The notes beneath the pieces are model-generated. The model worked only from the letters and a program-made list of their open reading frames with translations. It did no database searches and was not told the origin of the DNA. The translations under genes were made by a program, and so were the position numbers. Shown one piece after another: positions 60,723 to 64,000 of a stretch of 64,000 bases of DNA. The stretch comes from an uncultured Chloroflexia bacterium (GTDB lineage Bacteria; Chloroflexota; Limnocylindria; Limnocylindrales; CSP1-4). The stretch covers positions 69,742 through 133,741 of the forward strand of contig CAVYBU010000007.1 in assembly GCA_963766735.1 (NCBI GenBank). Direction: 5' to 3'. The number at the start of each line of letters is the position of its first letter. The first letter of the stretch is position 1.

Positions 60723-60856
60723 GCCGGCGAGGTCGCCAAGGAGGCGAGCTTCAACGGCCTGAGGCGCCCTCCCCTACCCTGCCTGGGCGCTGACGACACC
60801 GTCAGCGCGAAGCCGGCCGTGCCTGATCCCGGTGGATCGGACGGTATCCTCCGGGG

Positions 60857-61399
60857 ATGTGGGAGGACATCGCGATCGAACGAGGTCCCGAGGGCACCAT
60901 CTCGGACGCCGCGCGGGCGGATCTCGTCGCGCGCAGCGCCGCGGAGGTCGCCGCGGCCATCGCGTGGGTCGAGGCCCACGAGGACCGCGTGGCTTCGCTT
61001 GCCAGCGACCAGAGCCGGGACGACGAGGCCCGGGCGAGCTTCCGGGAGGCCCAGCGCGTCCGTGAGCTGCTCCGGGTCAGGGCCTACTCGATCGAGGCCG
61101 CCAGGACATGGGCGGAGCTCACCGCAGCCGAGCAGGGAGCTCTGCTCGCTCGCGCCGAGCGCGCGGGGCTCGACACCTCCGAGAAGACCGCGACCGCGGC
61201 CATCGGGATCATCCTCAACCAGCTCGTCGTCGCTCGACTGGTCGCGCTCGCGACGGCTACCAAGAACGGCGAGGCGTCCGTCGGCGAGGCGATGATCGCG
61301 CTTCCGATCCGCTTCCAGCTGGAGGTCATCGCCGAGACGGGCGGCGATCTCCGCGTGCCGGGTGAGGTCCTCCGGATCATCGACGCCTCAGCCGGCTGA
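60857..61399 (+). CDS. hypothetical protein (predicted all-alpha)
   Basis: 180-aa ORF with GC-biased codon third positions. I recognise no motif. Confidence 0.5.
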   Translation: MWEDIAIERGPEGTISDAARADLVARSAAEVAAAIAWVEAHEDRVASLASDQSRDDEARASFREAQRVRELLRVRAYSIEAARTWAELTAAEQGALLARAERAGLDTSEKTATAAIGIILNQLVVARLVALATATKNGEASVGEAMIALPIRFQLEVIAETGGDLRVPGEVLRIIDASAG

Positions 61400-61437
61400 C
61401 GTCGAGGAACTGCGCCGTACGGAAACCGGGATCCCGG

Positions 61438-62583
61438 TCAATCGGCCGGGTGCTCCTCCACCCAATGCCGCAGGCTGCCGCGCCAAAGCGCCCGCCCGTG
61501 GAACGAGACGTCCGGGCCGATCGCCCGCAGCCCGCCGTACCACTGGAGCGTCTTGAGCAGCGGGGTCACCTGGGAGCCATAGGCCTCCATGCAGGCCTTG
61601 GGCTGGACGCCAGGCCACGAGTAGCACGAGACCACCGTGCGCCGCTCAGCGGTGGGTATCCCGGGAGGCAGGCGGTCCCAGGCCGGGTCCTCCGGTCCGA
61701 ACTCCCACTGGTCCAGGTTGCCCTGCGGGATGCCCTCGATCCCGCGCACCACCGGCGGATCGTCATCGAGGAGATACGGATCGACCGCAAGGTCACAGAC
61801 GATCGCATGAGCGGGCAGCAGGCCGAGCCAGGCATTGGGGAACAGGGGCCGCGAAGTATCGCGGCGAGCCGTCGCGTCGACGAGGATGTCCGTCAGTGGC
61901 AGGCGGTGCCGGAAGTAGGCCTCGTTGCCGGCCAGGCTCTGCTCGGCGACCACCACCTCAACCCCGGGCAGGCCCTCGCGGATGAACCGCTCGCTGCGCG
62001 TCTCGTCACCGCACCTGGCGGCCCATTCGATTGCGTGCTTGCCAACCCCGCCCGCACCCAGGATCGTGACGCTGATTGCCGGGCGCGACCGCGAAAGCAG
62101 CGGCGGCCACCGCCGCTCGAGGGCGTCGAACGCGGCCGCCAGGCCGTTGCGGGCAACGTCGCGCAGATTCTGGACCAGGCGCCGCCCGTCGTCACCGGTG
62201 ACCATGTCCAGGGCGATGGCCTCGATGCGCAGGTCGCGCAGCAGATCGACGCGTTCGGGCCGAGTGGCGAAGTGGAGCATCGAGAGCAGGATCGCGCCGG
62301 GCCGGATCAGCTCGTAGCGGCCTTCAGGGGCCCGGAGCACCACCACGATGTCCTGGCGGTATGCCGTGGCCTCGTCGACGATGTGAACGCGTGGTGAGCC
62401 GGCGACATAGTCGTCATCGGAGATGCCCATGCCCTCCCCGCTCCCGGCCTCGACGTACACATCGATTCCCAGGTTCGCGAGCAGGCCTGTCAGCGGTGGC
62501 AGAAACGCGCGGCGCTCTCCGGGCTCGTTGTACATCCGCGGGAAGCCAATCGTGAGTCGGCGGTCGTTCGCCATCCCCTGCAT
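61438..62583 (-). CDS. AlaDH/PNT-family NAD(P)-dependent enzyme, N5-(carboxyethyl)ornithine synthase-like
   Basis: An N-terminal IGFPRMYNEPGERRAFLPP block is similar to CEOS/AlaDH N-domains. A Rossmann motif ILGAGGVG is present. Confidence 0.65.
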   Translation of the reverse strand: MQGMANDRRLTIGFPRMYNEPGERRAFLPPLTGLLANLGIDVYVEAGSGEGMGISDDDYVAGSPRVHIVDEATAYRQDIVVVLRAPEGRYELIRPGAILLSMLHFATRPERVDLLRDLRIEAIALDMVTGDDGRRLVQNLRDVARNGLAAAFDALERRWPPLLSRSRPAISVTILGAGGVGKHAIEWAARCGDETRSERFIREGLPGVEVVVAEQSLAGNEAYFRHRLPLTDILVDATARRDTSRPLFPNAWLGLLPAHAIVCDLAVDPYLLDDDPPVVRGIEGIPQGNLDQWEFGPEDPAWDRLPPGIPTAERRTVVSCYSWPGVQPKACMEAYGSQVTPLLKTLQWYGGLRAIGPDVSFHGRALWRGSLRHWVEEHPAD

Positions 62584-62619
62584 CTGTCGTCCTTCCTCTG
62601 GGGGACGCCTCTCCCTCGC

Positions 62620-63030
62620 CTACGCTCGCGCTCCCGACGTGCCCGGAGCCGGGCCTGCCGCGGCGGCCCTGGATCGGACCCGGGCGCTCAGGATGCCAAA
62701 CAGGAGGCCGAGGGCAAGGCGTCGGAGCATCTCGGACCTGCGGACCTGCCAGCCCTCCGCCAGCGCCGATTCGACCCCGGGGTCGAGGAGGAGCCGTGCC
62801 CCGGCGACCGTCGCTGCACCCGCGGTCGCGGCCTCAAGCCGGACGAGGCGGCGGATGGTCCCAGTGCTGCTGTTCGTCGCCAGGTTCGCGAGGTCGGCCA
62901 CGAGGATCCCGGCGGTCACAGCGGTCACGACGGCCGCACCAGGCCACCGGAGACGCTTGATCGCAAGCTGCGAGATCGGCAGGCCTGCGCCGACGACAAT
63001 GGTGACTGCCAGATCGATCTGACGGCGCAT
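62620..63030 (-). CDS. hypothetical membrane protein
   Basis: 136-aa ORF with two or three hydrophobic segments. Weak support. Confidence 0.35.
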   Translation of the reverse strand: MRRQIDLAVTIVVGAGLPISQLAIKRLRWPGAAVVTAVTAGILVADLANLATNSSTGTIRRLVRLEAATAGAATVAGARLLLDPGVESALAEGWQVRRSEMLRRLALGLLFGILSARVRSRAAAAGPAPGTSGARA

Positions 63031-63232
63031 GGGGACCTCCGACGTGACAGGACAGCGGGGCTGCCCGGTGCCAGGATCTGTTCGGGCGAGGCCAGTGCGA
63101 GCACCCGTTGGCGATCATCCTACCCGCCCCCGACGTATCGCTGGTCGCCTCCGTCGTGGTGCCCAGCCGCACCACTCCCGGGGCGGTGATGTCCGGGCGA
63201 ACGCCCCAACGACGCTACCCCGTCCAGCAACG

Positions 63233-63628
63233 CTACTGCTGCTCACGCGACGAGTTGCCCCCGTCCTCCTCGCTCCCCTGCCGGCCCCGGTATGCGGCCA
63301 GGTCCTGCTTCGCCTTGCGGTCGATGAACGGCACCAGGAACGGGAGCATGAACAGACCGGCGACCAGGAGTGGCACGAATAGCATCACGATCCCAAGCGC
63401 CATGTCGGGCAGCACCGCGGACACCACCTGCACCCCCACCCAGTAGCCAACCATCCCGGCCGGCAGGGAGAGGATGAGCAGGATGTTGGGCATGAAGCGC
63501 ATCGACCGATCGTACCCCTCATCGCCGAGGACTTCGTGCAACCATGGGGATGCACGAGTCCAGGCAAGGATGAGGGCTGAGGTCATGGCGTCAGAGAAGC
63601 ATCGGGTTGTCGTGCCTGGCGAGGCCAC
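63233..63628 (-). CDS. small hypothetical membrane protein (start possibly at 63586)
   Basis: Two clear TM helices ([18 protein letters not shown] ... [20 protein letters not shown]). Its second Met codon overlaps the rocD ATG on the opposite strand (CATG). Confidence 0.4.
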   Translation of the reverse strand: MASPGTTTRCFSDAMTSALILAWTRASPWLHEVLGDEGYDRSMRFMPNILLILSLPAGMVGYWVGVQVVSAVLPDMALGIVMLFVPLLVAGLFMLPFLVPFIDRKAKQDLAAYRGRQGSEEDGGNSSREQQ

Positions 63629-64000
63629 GCCCCTGGGCGGTCAGGCGATCGCCGACGTCGAGGCGCATGCGGCGCACAACTACCATCCGCTGCCGGTCGT
63701 GCTCGCCTGGGGCGAGGGCGCCTGGGTCCACGATGTCGATGGACGCCGGTACCTCGACATGCTCGCCGGCTACAGCGCCCTCAACTTCGGGCACCGCAAT
63801 CCACGTCTCGTCGCGGCGGCCGAACGCCAGCTCGGGCGGCTCACGCTCACGGGCCGGGCGTTCCACAACGATCTGCTGGGGACCTTCGCGTCGGAGCTGG
63901 CGGCACTGTGCGGGATGGACATGATCCTGCCCATGAACACGGGTGCCGAGGCCGTGGAGACGGCGCTCAAGATGGCTCGCAAGTGGGGCTACCAGGCGAA
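63585..64000 (+). CDS. rocD: ornithine--oxo-acid aminotransferase (class III PLP aminotransferase), 3' end outside the window
   Basis: [46 protein letters not shown] ... [20 protein letters not shown] is a close match to ornithine aminotransferase N-terminal blocks. The ORF is open to the window end. Confidence 0.8.
   Translation, partial: MASEKHRVVVPGEATPLGGQAIADVEAHAAHNYHPLPVVLAWGEGAWVHDVDGRRYLDMLAGYSALNFGHRNPRLVAAAERQLGRLTLTGRAFHNDLLGTFASELAALCGMDMILPMNTGAEAVETALKMARKWGYQA

Noticed and set aside
63584-63587. CATG with start codons of rocD (+) and the small membrane protein (-) overlapping
   Set aside because: Probably coincidental. The minus-strand gene more likely starts at its upstream GTG (63628) or is mis-called. 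Not enough evidence for a regulatory arrangement.

Overview
This is a 64 kb stretch of high-GC (~70%) bacterial chromosome, densely coding on both strands. Most genes are housekeeping: translation (thrS, infC-rpmI-rplT, pheST, tyrS, an EF-G paralog, miaB/miaA, tgt, hflX), a near-complete his operon (hisG-D-C-B-H-F-IE on the minus strand, with hisA divergent and a YerC/TrpR-like regulator between them), yebC-ruvCAB, recA-recX, rny-ymdB, mutS2, a class A PBP and a DUF881/DUF881/DUF951 envelope trio. There is one tRNA (Val-GAC), no rRNA and no CRISPR. The layout is Firmicutes-like (RNase Y/YmdB, MutS2, cvpA next to mutS2, a T-box upstream of thrS) despite the high GC. That suggests a deep-branching high-GC lineage such as Rubrobacteria/Thermoleophilia, Chloroflexi or Deinococcus-like, but this is inference only. 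Three results stand out. First, thrS is preceded by a complete T-box leader (AGAGA box, F box, T box GGGTGGAACCGCGG, terminator). Second, an ECF sigma-factor island lies between recA-recX and rny. It contains a membrane-anchored partner and two secreted paralogs that share a ~110-aa Cys-containing repeat domain not matching anything I recognise, and both paralogs carry the same ~85-nt leader. Third, many conserved genes (thrS, the PBP, tgt, miaA, the sigma partner, a squalene-cyclase-like gene and possibly the infC tail) have single-base reading-frame breaks at short G or C runs. The most likely cause is indel errors in the assembly rather than real pseudogenes. Other accessory content: a standalone BcsA-like GT2-PilZ glycosyltransferase sitting where hfq usually is (between miaA and hflX), a decayed mobile-element remnant (vapC, integrase and GyrI-like fragments) after hflX, and an unlisted 52-aa lysine-rich ORF upstream of recA. 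Many long minus-strand ORFs in the track are high-GC antisense artefacts and are rejected.
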